A stretch of DNA of 64,000 nt from Lama glama (lineage: Eukaryota): NCBI GenBank assembly GCA_028534125.1, contig CM052816.1:69566001-69630000 (forward strand), in the 5' to 3' direction. Shown in pieces: positions 23,783 through 37,727 of the stretch; positions within the stretch are counted from its first letter, which is position 1, and every line of letters starts with the position of its first letter. Under the pieces are notes generated by a model. It did not search any database. It had not been told where the DNA came from and worked only from the letters and a program-made list of their open reading frames with translations. Position numbers and translations under genes: made by a program.

Positions 23783-26700
23783 AAATATTGAATTTATAGT
23801 TCATTTTACCATATATTCTAGCTGACACCCATGTTTTAGGTTGTGAAGGTATTTCTACTCGCTTTGAATTTCTCCCCAGTTACATGTATTGCTCACCTGG
23901 TTTGAATCCCTGTGTGTGATTTAAAATTTCTGGCTTGAAGTTTTCTAAGGAGTCCCAGCTACTGAATGAGAAGAGCAGGGAGATGGTCTGTTGTGACTTT
24001 GGGTTTTCTCAGGCACTGAAAGCCTAAGAGCTTGCTGCTTCCATGAAAAGGTGGTCGGTGGAGAGAGTTTGAGTTAGAAAGAGGTACCCCCATGAAAACA
24101 AGTGAAAACTGATTGATTCTCAAGTTAAGACAAAGGCCCTACTCTGGTATTCTCTTTGGAAAGCCACAGATGGGAACCGAAGATGAAACCAAGGATAGTT
24201 GTCGAGGTTATGAGAATCTTGTGACATTTCTTTGGCTACCATTGAATCTGAGGCATCTGAGTGGAGACAAAGGGAGTAGGTGTTGTACATCCCATGATCG
24301 TCCAACTGAGCTGCCAAAAAAGTGGTGACTGTGAATTTGATGAGTCGGGAAGGGAGAATTTTCGTCGTTATACGTGATGTTTAAATAAAATTACCCTGTG
24401 AGAAGAATCACTGTAGAAGTGTAATTGTGGTTCAGCTTATTTAGCTGTTATTCTGACATGTCTGTGAGGGTGTGGAGTGAGGATTGAAACTGTAGAAAGT
24501 TTGTCATGATGGTTGAAGTGCTTACTGCAAATGTGAAATGTATTTTCTGCAGCGCCTGAGACAAGATATTCCCTGTGTTTTCCCTCAGTAAATACCGTGA
24601 ATGCGATGTGAGGAGAGAGCAACACTGCCCTCGCCCCAACCCTGCCTAGTACAGGAAACACTTTCAGGTTGGCGTATGATTGGAGCAATGACTTTCTGAA
24701 AGAGGGTCTTTTTCCTAACCTTCCTTGCGTAACTGTGAGCACCCTAAATTAGTTGGTAAACACTTGTTGTTTCTACGGCCTGTTTTTTAATGCAAGTCAA
24801 GGCAGAAGTTTTTCCTTCTCCAGGGTTTTCATGTCTTGGCTGTCTCTCAAAACTCAAGGTAAGCAAATTTGGATGCAGTGCCTCTGATGAGGGCTTGTCA
24901 TCTTGATACACCATCATACCGTGTGTGTTCTAAGCCTTTTAAAATAGCTGAATGTCTTAAATAAGTGAATGAGCTGCTGTTGTTTGGACTTGCATTCTCC
25001 CCACCAAACATTGAAATACTGACTGAATCTTGTTGGTGCAAAACATCCAGACCTCTTTTAATGTACTGCTCTAGACGGATTGCTTGTAAGAAATGTAGGC
25101 AGGGAAAAGGATTAGTTTTAATTATGTTCAGAGCTAGTGTGATCATGAAGCAAGGGCATCCCCTCCTGCTGAGGGGCTTTTCAGTGACACCGGCCTTAAA
25201 ACATGTACCTGAAAGGTGTGTTAAAAGAGCAGTCATTTCAAGTTCTTTCCTTGGCATTCATGAGATGTTTCTCATTATCTGGAGAGCACCCAGGCAAGTT
25301 CGTACTGCCTCTCTGCGATGAATTGCCAGATTAGTATTTCCTCTCCTTTTCCTTCTGTCCTGCACTTCCATTCCCTGATTCTTCTGTCAGCAGATTTTCA
25401 GAGTGGTCTCTTTGAGACAAAAATGGAATCCAATTGAATTGCTCCATATACATTCATATATAGAGAGAAGAAGAGATTAGCCACTTGAACAGGGATTCTG
25501 CCGAGGACCTAGGAGGGAGCTGCCCTAGTTACTTTTTCTGTTGGCTACTCTTTGGGACCCAAATCAAATTCAGTTATTGGGGAGTATGATTGGGTGAGAC
25601 CCAGGCATGATCTTTTCCAATTTTGTGCTTGTTTTCTTTCCATTTTCTATAATTAAAAAAAATTAATAAAAATACATGTAAAAAGTCTTTTAGAGAGTTT
25701 ACATAGTGCAAAACAAGGCCAACAGTGTGGTATATCAGCTGCTTTATTTTTATTTCTTTGTTTTGTTGATCTGTATTCAAAGTGGAATTTCCCATGATTT
25801 CAAGAGTGTTTAACTGCTTTGTCTTTAAGGTGCAGGCTATATAATTTTAACAGTTGAAGCCTGTTTACCTGATTAAGGGCTGTAGTCCTGAGAAAAATAT
25901 GGCCTGAAATCTTTTAACCTTTGACATGAGTACTGCTTGACTTTTTATTGCCAAAGATTTCTTTGGAAAGGAATTATGAAAATGTCCCCTTACTCTTAAA
26001 GATTCAAATTTAAATTTTAACTAGATAAAATGATTTTAAATTGAACAGGGCTGAAGTCTAAAGGAAAGAACCGGGTTCTTTTAAATGTATGCTCAGATAT
26101 ACTTGATCTCCTAAATTTTAGTCTCGGACCAGCCAACGTGCTCTATACATTTCAATTTCGACAATTAAGTTGTGTAACATATGCTAACTGGGGCCATTCT
26201 GATGAGCTACATACTCAAAGTCTACTCTAACTCTGCTTTAAGAAAAAAAGTGCCGAGTATCCTCTGACCTGAAATTTCATTATTTTGAGCAATAAAGAAA
26301 AATGTTTCCTCTAGCCAGTGGGGAGCTACATGGGGATGAGGGCTGAGATGCTGTGGTTTGGGGTACTCTCCGAGCTCTCTGCTTCCCTGGGTGGGTTTTT
26401 CAGCTTTGCCTCAAGGACTTCTTGCTGCTTAAAGATGTTCAAACCATTTGGACTCTGCTAATACACTTCAGTCTATTGTGTTTTAAGTAAAATATAAAGA
26501 AAAAGCAGCAGAAAACAAGTAACATCACCAATATTAAAGGAAGTACAAATCTTACAAGTCACAAAGAGCTGGAACCAACATATCTGTTTCCTGCAAATGT
26601 CAGCCCACCACCTGGAGCAGGTGTTTTTACTGCTTGAGAATCAACACATATTCACTAGTGTGTTCTTTGGAGTTTAAAGTTTTCACCCTTTATTGTAAAA

Positions 26701-27077
26701 TTCACGAGTGAAAATACAGTAGGACCGATGATTTTCATTTCCTTTTCTTCCCGTATTCCTCATTCCAAGGAGGTTTAGATAGGTAACCAATAACAAAAAT
26801 GTGAACATTTATTTATGTTAGAGTTAAGAGTTTTGTTTCAATTGAATGTACTTAAATCCTTCATAAGTCATGATTCAATATATCTCACTGTAGCTGTTAG
26901 GTAAGTTCATATTTTAATGAAGAATGATGATGAAAATAGCATGAATGTATAAATACTAAAACCTTGGATAACAACCAGAAGTTTGTGTTTTCTATTTTAC
27001 TTATACCAAGAACAGAAAATTACTTAATAAAGTAAGCATGGATTAGTATGATGCAGTAATAATAGCTACAGTAATAA

Positions 27078-27436
27078 TTGCACTAGTTTGGGCTGCTGTA
27101 ACCAGGTACCAAGACAGGGTGGCATAAAGAAAAAACATTGTTTTTCATAGTTCTAGAGGCTGGAAAGTTCAAGGTGAAGGTGCCGGCAGATTCAGTGTCT
27201 GATAGGGGCCTGGTTCCTAGTTCATAGACAGCCTCGTCGTCTTGCTGGGTCCTCACATGGTGGACGTGACAAGAGAGTTCTCTGGCATCTCTTTTATAAG
27301 GGCACTAATCCCATTCTGGAGGGCTCCATCCTTGACCTACTCACCTCCCCAAGGCACCACCCACTGATACTATCACATGGGGCTTAGCATTTTGACATAT
27401 GATGGGGGGCGGAGCATGAACATTTGGCCCATAACA
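27078..27436. mobile_element. MaLR solo LTR (MLT1A-like)
   Basis: gggctgctgtaac...agttctagaggctggaaagttcaaggtgaaggtgccggcagattcagtgtctg...tcttttataagggcactaatcccatt...ccataaca. Confidence 0.87.
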
Positions 27437-27439
27437 GTA

Positions 27440-27648
27440 GTAATTAGCACTTACTTACTGCTTTATTGCCAACGTAGTATCCTAAGCACTTTATATTATA
27501 ACCAGTTTATTCTTGAGAACAATTGCATTATTGTCACATTATTGAGATAAGTAAACTAAGTCCCAGAGAGGTTATGTGATTTGATAGAGGTGTCTCAGCT
27601 AGTAAGTGATGGACCTGGGAGTCAAACCCAGAAGTCTGGCTCTAGAGT
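27440..27648. mobile_element. MIR SINE
   Basis: ctaagcactttatat...agataagtaaactaagtcccagagaggttatgtgattt...cagctagtaagtgatggacctgggagtcaaacccagaagtctggctctagag. Confidence 0.8.
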
Positions 27649-30600
27649 TTGAACTCTAGAAGTCTGGAACTAGAGTTTCAACATCTAAACAGTGGAAAGA
27701 GCTGTAGTCCACATCTCCGTCTGCCACCAAGCAAACCTGCTGTCTTTTTTATTAAGATGCTTCAGTATCTGGGGGTTCAGTATTTTCATCTATATAGTGA
27801 CAAGTTTGGATTCCATAATATGCTCTTTAAGGTCTTTTATAGCTCTAAAAGTCTAAATTCTGTGTAGTTTAAAACTGACCATGTATCAGCCACCAGTTGG
27901 AGACTAGTTAAATAAATTTTAGAATGGTCATACAGTGAAATTCTATTCTGACATTAAAAAGAATCAGCTAAAAACTCTGTTATGACACTGAGGATTTCAT
28001 CTATGAGCTGGTTGTATAACTATGCATACAGTGATCCCACTTTTGTTTAAAAAAAAGAGAGAAAAGATGTATATAAGGTAGTATATGCATTAAAAGGTTG
28101 AAGAACTGAATACCAATAATGTCTAGGAAGTTAGAATGTAGAGGGACTTACACTTTCTCCCTTACACATTTGATAGGTTGAATTATTTTTTCAAAGATTA
28201 CTTTAAACACCAGGGGGAAAAAAAGAGAAGAGAAGGAAATCAAATTAAGTATACATCTATATGTGCCTCTAATTGGACTAGAGAGAACAGAAAGTTTTCC
28301 TGAACTATTGGGTTTGGCCAATTTTTAGATTAATAAGGATAGAAAGTTATTTCCTCCTCTAGCCTGCAAAATAATTATATAGCCTCCATTTGTCTTTGTA
28401 GCTGTTTCAATCATATTTTGTATTCTTTTAAAATTGTTAACTCTTTGATTCCTTATGAGTAAAAAAAGGAAAAGCAGGGTTCATTTTATTGCACATTTTC
28501 ATTGATGACTGTCTGAACACAGAATTTTAATTACTCTCTGTTGAAAATAACCCTCTCTTGAGTCTCGCTGAGCAGGTGTAACTGTATAGGTTGCTTGATT
28601 TTGAGTGGAACCCTCCAAATTTGAGGATAGGGGTGGGGTTTGTTACAGGTACTGTACAGCTCTGATTCAAGACTCCTGGTTCTGGAAGCTTTCAAGCAGC
28701 ATCTTTCTTTTTTCTTAAATAAATAGAATAATTCAGACAAGTTGTGGTTTTCATTCTTACTCCCAGAGAGCAGTCAGCATGCGTATCTCATTTAAAATTT
28801 TATTTTTTAAAAATGAACACCTCTGCATCTTTGTTATTTTTACAGGATGCTTTTCAAAGTCTAAGACAAGGAATATCTTGTTCAAATCTTTCTGAAACAC
28901 ATAAGTGAATTATCGATTAGAATATGGGTAGTTGAATAGAGAATCTATCTCAAAAAATGAGACTAAAACCTTCATATTTGCTATTAATCTAATCTAATCT
29001 TGATTCTGGACTATTTTAATGGATCTACTCAATTTGATTGAGATCAGTCATGCTGAATTTCATCCATTGATTTACACGGTTCACAAACATACTGTGTATC
29101 AGGTATGATGATACAAAGTTGAATGAAGAAGAAGAGTTTGACCATATAATATAGTGGAGGAGACAGACATTCAGTCCACATCTTGGCGCTAGGGCAATGA
29201 AGTAAGTAGAGCATTATTAGCAACATAAGCTGAATACTGTGAAAATAAAGTTTAATGTGACCCTGGGTCACGGGGCGGGGGAGGAGGAGGAGTTAAGAAA
29301 ACCTGGGCCTTGAGAATTGAAAACGATATTACCTCTTGGACAAAAGGAAAATGAGTTTACTTTCTGAGTAAATACATATCCTTAGAGTTTCAAGAGGAGT
29401 CTCCATACATCTCACCCACTAGTAGAGAGAGACTGGGACATCCTCCTCTGTATGGGACACTCCACTCTCAAGGTCAGACCTTTGGCATTCTAAGTAGCAG
29501 GACTAGATGTCCCCTTGGGAATTTTGTTCAGCTAAAAGTAAAACTCTCTTGTGGTGTGAGCTACATAAAAGATGACTCATTCTGTGTGTGTGATGGATCA
29601 GGTATGCCGAGGTAGATTCTTTCAGGTTTTAGCCTTCCAGACAGTGTTGAATCTATAAATATCAGTGATTAAAAGTACGGAACTATGTAAAGGCATTCTA
29701 TTTTCTATAACCTATCCCTTCTCACTTTGTCATAAAGGTATATAGTGTTTTTGTTTTTGTTTTTGTTTTTTTGCCAGGTCGAGGATTATTATTAGGTTGA
29801 GATTAAAGAGAGATTTTTCATTTTAGGTGGCTAGAAAGTACACCCAGCTGAAAACCATCAACCACTGAGGCTACATGCTTCATTTGAGTTGTGTTTCTGG
29901 ATGCAAGTCAAGTATGACAACTGTGAGTTTCATAACTTTCTCTAACTTGATTCAAAAACACTTCGGGGCCAAAATACTTCTTGAGGTCTTTTCTGTCCTT
30001 TCCTGGCAAGGCCCTATGGGGGTTATCAAGGGTCGGATTGTATTACTGGATCTCAGGAGAGCTCGCAGGAGAGATGAAGAGCTGTGAGTCTTAGGCTTGC
30101 ATCCTCACTTACTGTTGCTGATTTCTCCCAGTCATGACTTACCACTTCTTATTCAAGATGAACATCTCATTGGGTCCATGTTTCTGACGAGGAGAAACTC
30201 ATTGTTTACGTCATGTATTTGTCAGCTTTTTAGCATTGATCAGGTTCTTTCATTGGAGTAGGTTCCGAAGGGGAAATGAATTGTTGAAGAAAGTTGAGTG
30301 TACATGGAAGGGGCTATAGAAAGCAATAGTCAGTGGGAGTAATTCCAGTGAGTGGCAGTCAGGACGCTGCAGTGTTCTTGACCGTAGTCTCCCAGGGGAC
30401 ACTCAAACCCAGACAGTACTTACTATTTGGGGGATCTTTATAGTCGTGGTATTATCATCCATAATATCTCAGCCCCAGGGTATTCAATTTTTCTTTAATT
30501 CAATCGTGGTGTCAAGTTTAATAAATTGATTTCATAACTAAATCTGAGCAATTTATGATAGAGCTACATGAGCTACTTGAGTGAATCAACAAATATCTGA

Positions 30601-30759
30601 TTGAGCCCTTGTGATGTACTAAGTGCAGTGTTTATGTTGAAATAGTTACAGTTCTGTCAAGAAATCATGGTTTTATTACAAAAGAGTAAGTATAGAGTAT
30701 ATATGAAATACTTGAGGTAGAATCAACATGAATAGGAGGCTTTTATGAATTTTGAGCAG

Positions 30760-31065
30760 TGTGAGAGAGAAAAGAGTGAGGATATTAGGTTTTTAGCTTT
30801 GAATGATGGGTTGATGACATTTGCTAAAGTAGGAAGTATAAGAAAGAGGGACAAGTGGGTGTAAGGATTGATAACGAGTTTGGGTTTTTGTTAGTTTGAG
30901 TACCTAAGGGATATCTAGGTATAGATGACTAACAGGAAGTTTAAACACACTGGTTTGGTTCTCCAGAAAGAGGTTGAAACTGGGCATGGGATTGAGGAAT
31001 CCTTAATATAGTTGAAGCAGTTGGAATGGAGGGATGGCCCGGGTGAAACATGTCAAGTGAAGAGG
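30760..31065 (-). mobile_element. LINE-2 fragment
   Basis: aggtttttagctttgaatgatggg...gagtttgggtttttgttagtttgagtaccta...gatatctaggtatagatg. Confidence 0.55.
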
Positions 31066-31554
31066 TTGTTGGGCAACCTGAATTTCCATCTCCACCACTC
31101 CATTACAGTTGGTCTTGTTAAGATTACCAGCATCCTCCATATTCCCAAATACAATGGTCATCTGTGTGTTCTGATCTTAGGTAACTACTTAGAATATCTA
31201 TCTTAGTTAAAAGAACGTTTATCTTTATTTCCATTACACTATGTGTCCTAGTTTTTTCCCCAACAGACTGGTTGGTTTCTTCTCTTGTCTCCAACTTGTA
31301 AAGTTTGGACAACTTGGAGACTCTGCCTGGGCCTCCCCTGTCACTGGTGTGAACTTAGTGTTGTAATTCTAGAGGAAGATTGAACTTGGTAAGAGTCTGA
31401 TAAAAGTACAAGATGTATCAAAACCAATAGGATGTGATTTAAAAGAATATGTGTTCCTTTCATTCAAGAAAAATATAGGTAGATTGAAGAATTCCATCAA
31501 CTTCAATATAAGAGGTTAGGAAATAATCCAGTATGGTTGTGAAGTATTTGTGGA

Positions 31555-33570
31555 AACCATTCAACAAATTAGTTTAAAAATATTGGGTGTGTACTTTGTG
31601 CTAGGCCAGGTTCTAGTTGCCAGGGATGCATCAGTCAAAAACCTGCAGAAATCCCTGCCCTTATAAGACTTACATTCTCCTGAGGGTAGGCAGACAGTAA
31701 ATGAATGCGTGAGTTAATTAACAAATAGGTAAGACTACAATAAATGCTGCAGGAAGATATCAAGCACCTAAGGGGAATGGGGATTGTTGTGAGCAAGGAA
31801 GGACGTACCTTTAAAATAGAGTGATCAAGGTTAAGTCTCACTGTAAAGGTGATGTGTGACCAAACACCCAAGCAAGATAAAGGAGTGACTGAATCTGTGA
31901 TTCTAGGGCAAGAGGAAATGGTGAGTGCAAAGGCTCTGAAGTAGGCCATACCTAGGTCCAGGAACTGCCAGGAGCCAGTCTGCCTGAAGCAACTGACTTC
32001 GAGAGGAAATCATAGTAGCTGTTGTCATAGAAACAGGTAGAGGGTGGAGGTGGGGGGAGGGAGGTGGTGGCAGACTTTATAGGACCTTGTCTGTTACAAG
32101 GGTTTTGATTTTTATCCTGAGTGAAGTTGACTGGCCTTTGGAGGATTTTGAATGGAAAATAGATGTGATCTGACACATTTTAACAGGCTCATTCTGGCTA
32201 CTGTATTGTAACTAGACTATAGGGAGGTTAGAGAGGAAGCAGGAAGCCAGTTATGAGGCTATTGCAGTAATCCAGGTGAGAGATGATGGTGGCTTAGACA
32301 GAGTGGGAAGGGTAGAGGTGGTAAGAAGTAGTTGGATTCTGGATGTATTTTGAAGCTGTTGCTGACAGAGCTTCCTGATGGATTGGACATGTGGTTTAAG
32401 AGCAAAAGAGATGCCAAGGATCATTCCAGGGTTTTGGGCCTGAGCAACTGGAAAAAAAAATGGAGTTGCTGTTAACTCATCCCCAAACTATTTCTTCCTC
32501 TCAGTTATGAGTTCTGTTAAGTTGAAGATGCCAATTCAGTATCCTAGAGGAGGTATGTGGAGTAGAAGTTTGCGTGTATGAGTTTAGAGGACCCTGGTAC
32601 AGACACAAATTTGGGAGTTAGATGCATCTAGAGAGATTTGAAAAACAGAAGGTCAACAAGGAAGTGAATGAAGACAAATAAGACACTTTAGATCAACCCC
32701 AGGTATTGTCAGGTTAAGAGGTTGTTGAGATTAAGAAACCAACAAGGAACTCCCTTCTCAATGAAATAGAAAATACAGAAGTGGGTGGTGTCCGGAATTT
32801 GAGTGAGTAAGCCTTTTAAGGAGGAGGCATGTTGATTGAAAGGACCTGTGAGACAAAGGCTGAGATTTGACCATTGGATCTAGTAACCTGGATGTTGTTG
32901 ATGACCTTGACAAGGCGAGAACCTGGTAGGAGTGGGTTCAGGAGAGAGTTGAAAGAGGAGGTGGAGGTAATTCTTTCAAAGAGTTTTGCTCTAAAAGGAG
33001 AGAAAGGGGGGAAGAAATAGAGTGAGGAGAGAGTCATTCCTTCCCCTTCTTTTCTCCTCCCCTCTCACCCCTCACCCTCTCTCTAGATCAGAAAAATGGC
33101 AGCTGATATATTCTGTTGAGAATCACCCAGTAGTAAGGGACAGCTGGGTACAGGAGAGAGGGGAGGGACTGCTGGAGCAATTTCCTAGAGGAGGCTGAAG
33201 GGAACAGAATCTGGTGGTAGGACTGCCCCCCCCATTTTTTCAAATCGAAGTACAATTGATTTACAATGTTATATTAGATTCTGGTGTACAGCATAGTGAT
33301 TCAGTTTATATATATTTACACACACACATACACATACATACACATACACACATATACATATTCTTTTTGTATTCTTTTTCATTTTGACAGAAAGAGACTC
33401 ACAAACAGAAAACGATTTTATGGTTACCAGAGATGGGAGGAAGGGTGGCGGGAGGGATAAACTGGGAGTGTGATTAGCAGATACAAACTCCTATGTACAG
33501 AATGGATAAACAACAAGATCCTACTGTATAGGACTAGTTTTTGAGAGGAGCAAGATAGTTCATCTACAGT
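31555..33570 (-). mobile_element. LINE-2 long fragment (interrupted by the small inverted L1)
   Basis: cattcaacaaat...tactttgtgctaggc tail; gaggctattgcagtaatccaggtgagagatgatggtggcttagac; gggttttgggcctgagcaactgg; gatgaccttgacaag. Confidence 0.85.
33235..33531 (-). mobile_element. Short L1 3' end with 5' inversion, containing a (CA)/(CATA)n microsatellite
   Basis: 33235-33385 is the antisense L1 terminus. 33386-33531 is the sense-orientation adjacent upstream UTR segment (compare 16278-16416). Confidence 0.8.
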
Positions 33571-34705
33571 ATTGGCCTTAATATGTCTCTAGAGCTAGGA
33601 GAAATGCAAAATCCAATGAATTGATGAAATAATTTAGGTACAACCTAGGTGGGATGTTACTGATCCAAATCTCAGGGAAGAATTAGGTAATAGCAGTTTG
33701 AATCTAGGGTTCTTGCCCGTTGACCAAGACGTTTTAAGGCATGGCATTTCCATTGTACACAGAGAAAAAACATTCTCTACATGACTGATCACCGTGTCAG
33801 GGAAGAATCCAAATCATGACTTGCTGTCAAAAGTCTTTGAAATTTAGAATTGTGTATAGAAATGAAGTAAATCAAACTCATATTATTGATGTTTTGTGGT
33901 AGGCTTAAAATAACTTATTTTTACAATTAAAATATGTATGTGTAATCACAATTTATTTTTATTCCAGTTTAAAGTATCACATTGAATAATTGAAATTGGT
34001 ACTCTTAAGTGTAAATGTTTTTGTAATCAGAAGTTTGAGAACTTAAGGTCTACCAAGTTTTGTGTTTAATTTATTGGAGTTGTAAGAATTTACAGTTGGA
34101 ATTGGAAGCATTTTGTATTTCAAGCAATTGAAATGCTTTGCAAAGAAAATTGAATATATTAAATTTACGTATACAAGTTAAAATTGTAAAGAGTTTAGTC
34201 AAGTTTGTTAATGGGACCAAACATTAATCAAAGTCCCCCTTAAAAGTGATTGTTATGAATTACTAGGTTTCTTTCTAACAACAGTAATAGGATTTCTTAG
34301 GTAAATGTAAAAGCATGAGGAACAGCAAAGTTTTTAATATTTCTAGCTTTAATAATTTGAACATTAATTTGTGAAACAGAAGAAATAGTCATTTTTATGC
34401 AGGAATGCCACAAAGCTCCTCTCATGTACAGACGTCCTGGGCAACCTTGTCCATGACTTTAGAAACCATCCATTGATTTTCATATTTGAATCTTCAGCAG
34501 TGACTTCTGTTCAGAATCCTAGACTCCACCTGCCTATTGGACATTTTTGTATGAATGTCTAATAAGGCCATCTCAAACGTAACTAAAACCAACCTCTTCG
34601 TTTCTTTCTCATCCTGCTACTCCCAAATCATAATTCCTTAATGGTTAAAGCCAAAAACCTAGGTGTCATCCATAATTCTCCTTCATTCCAGTCACTAAGA
34701 GGGTT

Positions 34706-35165
34706 CTGTCAGTTAAGGTCCTGACGGGAAAGAGATGGCAAATTTAAATTGGGTAATTTGAAGACAGTAATGGGACTGTTTTCAAAGGTGTGGACAGGAT
34801 ATGAGAACACCACCCCTAATCCCAAAGGGGCAAAGAGAGAGAGCTTTTATGAGAACCCAGAGACAGAGAGGACTTGGTGGAAGCCTGCTAGAAGCTGTGG
34901 ATCTTAACTCCTGGGGTGCAGCCTGCCTTGTTGGCCTTTCAAGGAGAAAGCTGGAGGAGTAAAGATGCAGTTTCATTCTTTCTGTCATATCTTGCTGGTG
35001 CCTTCATTTCTACTGAATCTGACTGGAAGCCAGTGGCATGGGTGCCTGTGGATGCAGTCATGGAGATGAGCCTCCCTGCACAATAAGCATGGTGAAGAAG
35101 GGTGGAGGCAGCCCAGGGATGCACAATGGAAGACACCCAGCACAGAGGCTAGCAGAGCCCACAGT
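34706..35165. mobile_element. Old ERVL LTR (LTR33/LTR16-like)
   Basis: tgtcagttaaggtcctgacgggaaagagatggca...actgaatctgactggaagccagtggcatgggtgcctgtggatgcagtc. Subfamily uncertain. Confidence 0.55.
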
Positions 35166-37469
35166 AGATTATTTCTGGCACGTGCCCTCAATGTTTTGTT
35201 TTGTATCTTCTGCATTTTTGGGTTTCTTCCTATTAGAGATTATTGTTGAACTCTATTTTTCTTGACAGTTAATGGCTCTGTTTCTGTTTCTGTTTTTTTG
35301 TTTGTTTTTTTTAAAGTAATGGTGCCCCCAAACACACATTAGGATACTGCTCTCTTGAAACACTCTCCTAGTCAGGCAGAAGTCTTAGGTTAACCAGATC
35401 TGTTAATTAACATGCTTGTGTCAAGTCAAAGATTATCACCCTATTTAGTGCTATGCTCTCCTTAATCTTCCGTCAGTCTTTGAAAGTTTGAAATACCCGC
35501 CCTTAACCTAAATTGGATGTGATTTAGAGAATATCTCTTGCCCTATTTGATCAAATTTTATTTGATATCAATTTTTTTTATTATGTCCTTTATTCTCTTC
35601 TCACTTCTTTTAATGAAGGACCAGATGTGGCTTATAATACAAACATGTAATAAGGCATAAGTGATACGGGTTTAACATTGTATAATGAATCATTTCAAAA
35701 ATCTCATGTTTTAAAATTCTGTATCTTTTATCCTTTGAAGGTGGGGAGAGATTTACAAATCATAAGAAATTGTAAATTATGACAACATGAGTAAGATTGA
35801 AGAGAAAGCGGTGGTTTTTTTATTGTATAGATGCTTTGAAAGTCATGCATGTTAAGAAAATCTCAAGACCTTTTTTTATTTTTTACCCTATGCCATAGCC
35901 CTCAGATTGTGTGACAGTGAGGTCTTATTTTAATATATTCAGAATTTGTTTCCACTGAAATTCTTTGTGTCAGGTTTTTACATGACAGAGAATACTTCCA
36001 TTTTTCTGGTGACATCTTATTCCCCTCGTATGGTTCCCAAATGAGCCCTGCTTCTCTCAGATACATTTTATATACTCTTTGGTGATGAATATTTTATCTC
36101 TGCCAACGCTGTCTCTAATTTGTCCATGAACAATTCCCTTGAGGACCTTCATATCCACTATTATTGTAATTATAAAATCGATTCTAATGCTCAATTCAAA
36201 GAGTCATGGGTATATGCCTTTTCTTCCTTATGGAGAGCCACGGCAGGGATAGTCTGTTCAGCTGGGGTCATAATTCCTTGGATGAATGTCATAAAATATT
36301 TCCACAGATTTGCAAAATAAATATGGCATAATATCCCTTTTTAAAATATATGCCTTTTAAAAAATCCTTTCTCTCCAACCCCATCCCCCCTACCGTGTTT
36401 TGGGGTTTTTTGTTTGTTTTTGTCTTGTTTTTTGTTTTGTTTTTATTTGTTTGTTTTTTTAGCATGCTGGTTTACGGAAGGCTTCAGATTTTATTCTTTT
36501 GGGAAAGCTGAATTTGTCAGCCAAAGACTATGATTTTTGTTATTTTTTATTTTTTGTTAACCATAAATAGGATTGCTCTGGTTTTTTGGTTTTGGTTTTG
36601 GTTTTTCACATGTTCCTGATGAGTAGTTTGTTGTTGTAACAGTTGCTTCATAATTACGGTGTGATTTGCAAATTAGAAAAGAGAGACTTAAAGGATTATA
36701 TACATTATTTAGATAAACGTGTGGAAAACCAGAATGGTCTGATTTAAAAAAAAAAAAAAAAGCCCAGTCATACACCCTTAGGGAGTTTATATCTGTTTCT
36801 AGAGACAAGCAATAGCCCAGGCTACCTGATTGAGTTTTTGTTCTTAATTAACAAAAGCTAGGTGCTACATACCCCTCCACATATGTCCTGCCCCATTTCC
36901 CTCCTACAAGATGTTAAAGTTGAAAAGAAAGCAAGAATATGCAAGTTTGGACATAGGAGCCATCAGGCATTAGCTTCCTACACAGACACAGCCAGCTCCC
37001 ATCTTCTTACATGTAGTAATTTATCGGTAGAAGTATGGAAAGAAGGAAGAGAATGCATGTAGAATAGGAGAGTTGAGCATTAAATAATAGTACACAGGTG
37101 GGACACTGAGAGGGTAAAACATTTTGCTCAGGAAATCCAGGCTTAGATTTTTCTACTAGGTTTCATCTTGCCCTCTGCCCAAGACCCTGGCATATTCCAT
37201 CAAAAATAAGTCCATTAGATTGGAAGACCAACAAATATTGTTCTCTTTTAGGTCTTTAAATAGAAATAGTAGAGAAGCCTACTGTCTGTTGGGCCAAAGG
37301 ACAAAATGTATAGTTGATACTGTTTTGGGTTGCCCTGCAAGTGAATACCTATTCAGGGGCAAATTCCACAAGTTTGGAGTCAGGGCTCTCTTTCATTGCT
37401 GAAGGGGGGGGGGGCAGCTATTTCTTAAATCCCTGGCAGACAGGGCCCCAGCATGAAACCACAGCTTTG

Positions 37470-37727
37470 CCAGTTGGATGCTCCAGCTCGGTGATCAGTG
37501 GTACCAGGTTGGAGTTGTCAGAGGTTGTGATGCTGCAGTGGAGTTCAGAAGAGGATGCCAGGCAGTTCGTACAAGTAGTGACTTCTGTACTGATGGTTGC
37601 TGCAGTGTCACTGTGGGCTGCCTTGATTCTTGCAGTTTTTTAGTCTTCTTGTCTGTCCTGTGAATTATCAGTATCCTTCTAATAAATCACTTTTCTGCTA
37701 TTTGGGACCAGAACCTTGTCTGATACA
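37470..37727 (+). mobile_element. Old ERVL/MaLR-type LTR 3' part
   Basis: Ends ...tatccttctaataaatcacttttctgct...agaaccttgtctgataca (AATAAA followed by a CA terminus). Confidence 0.45.
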
